From Anaerohalosphaeraceae bacterium (GTDB lineage: Bacteria > Planctomycetota > Phycisphaerae > Sedimentisphaerales > Anaerohalosphaeraceae), in the NCBI GenBank assembly GCA_050309605.1, contig JBNRMN010000029.1:1-17353 (forward strand): DNA of 17,353 bases, given 5' to 3'. Shown piece by piece: positions 16,132 through 17,353 of this stretch. The notes below the pieces were generated by a model. The model worked only from the letters and a program-made list of their open reading frames with translations, made no database searches and was not told where the DNA came from. A program made the position numbers and the translations under genes. Every line of letters starts with the position of its first letter. Position 1 is the first letter of the stretch.

Positions 16132-17121
16132 TCAAAATGGAAATCTGCCCCAAAAATCATCTACTGAAGGTATTCCCCCTGGTGGTATAATTGGAGGCTG
16201 ATATGGGGGAGGTGGCGGACATAAATGTACAGGAGGATGGGTTGCAACATAGCAAATCCCTGCGCATGCCGCACCCACACCTACTATACATTTTTTTAAT
16301 GCTGGCCCCGTATATCTGACGCACATATTGCCAGCGACGAGAAAACACTGGGCATAACATCCACCAAAAGTTTCGGCGAGTCCGAGCCAATCTGACTTGC
16401 TTATTGGATTGCTTCCAACATATTGATATATACTCATCCCATCAAAAAACTGCCGCGATGGTTCGAAAATAGTATTGTAATTATATTTTGAGTTAGGCGC
16501 ATTCCGGATTGATTCGTAGTGTGGACTGCGATAAAAGTTTACATCCATTTCCAACTGAAGCACTATAAGGTAACCGAAGAACACAAAAGCTTGGTCAGTT
16601 TGTCGGTTGAGATTGTGTAAATTACTGATTTGATTGTCCGGGGTCATCCCCAACGGATCATGCTGCAAGAACCGTCCCAGTTGCGGGCTGTAGTCGCGGT
16701 GGCGGTAGTGCATGTGCTGGAGGCGCGGGGTGGCGGCGGCGTCGAGGTCCAGTTCGTCGATCTCGCGTCCGGTCAGGCCGATATCGCTGAGGTAGTGGCT
16801 GTTGCTGCGGTGGGCAAACCCCGGCGTCATCACACTTCGCCGGCCGTAGGCGTTGTATTCATACCGCTCCACAACGCCGTACTCGGTCAGCATCACCGCC
16901 GGGCTGTACAAATGGTCGTGCAGATAGTAGTACCAGATCGAAGGCGTCCCGTTAACCACCCACTCAAAGCCCAGCACCTCGTCGATAGTGTTGCCATAGA
17001 TGTAATTGCGGCTGAGCGTCAAACTCGCATACGCCTGACTCCAATACCCCTGCGTCAACACCTGCCACTGGTCGTTGTCTGCGAATCGTGTTGTCTTTTC
17101 AGTTCTGTTCAATGACTTCAA
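16132..17121 (-). CDS. Orphan RHS repeat-associated core plus Cys/Pro-rich C-terminal tip (81 aa); N-terminally truncated
   Basis: 'YIYGNTIDEVL', 'YYYLHDHLYSP', 'ERYEYNAYG', 'GRFLQHDPLG', 'YQYVGSNPISKSDWLGL'. The TTG start is doubtful, so this may be a silent cassette. Confidence 0.85.
   Translation of the reverse strand: MKSLNRTEKTTRFADNDQWQVLTQGYWSQAYASLTLSRNYIYGNTIDEVLGFEWVVNGTPSIWYYYLHDHLYSPAVMLTEYGVVERYEYNAYGRRSVMTPGFAHRSNSHYLSDIGLTGREIDELDLDAAATPRLQHMHYRHRDYSPQLGRFLQHDPLGMTPDNQISNLHNLNRQTDQAFVFFGYLIVLQLEMDVNFYRSPHYESIRNAPNSKYNYNTIFEPSRQFFDGMSIYQYVGSNPISKSDWLGLAETFGGCYAQCFLVAGNMCVRYTGPALKKCIVGVGAACAGICYVATHPPVHLCPPPPPYQPPIIPPGGIPSVDDFWGRFPF
16651..16907. repeat. ~257-bp RHS core direct repeat, copy B
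   Basis: Aligns with 15537-15793. Confidence 0.93.
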
Positions 17122-17149
17122 TCTTTTTATTTGCTGGATAAATTGTCTG
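17054..17149. repeat. 96-bp direct repeat, copy B
   Basis: Aligns with 14537-14632. Confidence 0.93.
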
Positions 17150-17226
17150 ATCCCGTTTCAGTTTTCCTGTTTTTCCTACGCTCTTCAATTGAGAAAAAAA
17201 CTATAGCCGAATAACACATTATAAAA
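17127..17226 (-). pseudogene. 3' remnant of a membrane/immunity-like gene cut by the IS4 element
   Basis: Frame reads FIMCYSAIVFFSIEERRKNRKTETGSDNLSSK*, a hydrophobic stretch plus basic tail, in the same frame and position as the 14601-15008 tail (PDILSGKQKD). Confidence 0.5.
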
Positions 17227-17353
17227 CAGTACTGTCCGGTTATAAGTCGAACAAGGACAGTTGGTTATGGTTTTGTTGTTCTTTGACAATATAGTGATCT
17301 CCCGTAAGTGCTTGTTTTAGCGGAGTTTTCTCGAAAAGCAGGATGCTGACAAT
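17227..17353 (-). mobile_element. Stop-proximal end of an IS4-family element
   Basis: Transposase C-terminus followed immediately by the IR-like CCGGACAGTACTG (minus strand, ending at 17227). Confidence 0.75.
17240..17353 (-). CDS. IS4-family transposase, C-terminal 37 aa (partial)
   Basis: Manual translation IVSILLFEKTPLKQALTGDHYIVKEQQNHNQLSLFDL*, matching the 'LFEKTP...NQLxLF' tail I recognise from IS4-family transposases. Confidence 0.8.
   Translation of the reverse strand: MVSILLFEKTPLKQALTGDHYIVKEQQNHNQLSLFDL

Noticed and set aside
17277..17289. Second boxA-like TGTTCTTTGACAA on the + strand
   Set aside because: Lies antisense within the IS4 transposase coding sequence. It also shows the motif can arise by chance, which tempers the call at 5891-5903.

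Overview
Almost everything here is on the minus strand. The core is a complete type III-A (Csm) CRISPR-Cas locus: sigma70-like promoter, cas6, cas10 (HD and GGDD motifs), csm2, csm3, csm4, csm5, cas1, cas2, an AT-rich leader, a CRISPR array (34 repeats of 36 bp, 33 spacers of 34-43 bp), and a CARF-HEPN effector (Csm6/Csx1-like) downstream of the array. Upstream of the cas operon lie a lipoprotein gene and a cluster of orphan RHS core/toxin-tip genes, each followed by a small membrane-protein gene, with ~257-bp and 96-bp direct repeats. Both window ends run into IS transposases (rve/integrase-core type on the left, IS4 family on the right). The gene content belongs to known system classes and I cannot show a wholly new system. 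The best leads are: four pairs of spacers that hit the same loci of related elements (two pairs on opposite strands); tRNA-like and hairpin-rich spacers; a spacer that encodes the same 8 residues as the local csm4; a boxA-like site plus terminator in front of cas1-cas2-array; phased TAAC-N17-GTTA leader motifs; and an unusual short Cys/Pro-rich RHS tip. Spacers are numbered left to right on the + strand, so spacer 1 is the oldest. All family assignments come from motif recognition by eye; no database search was run.
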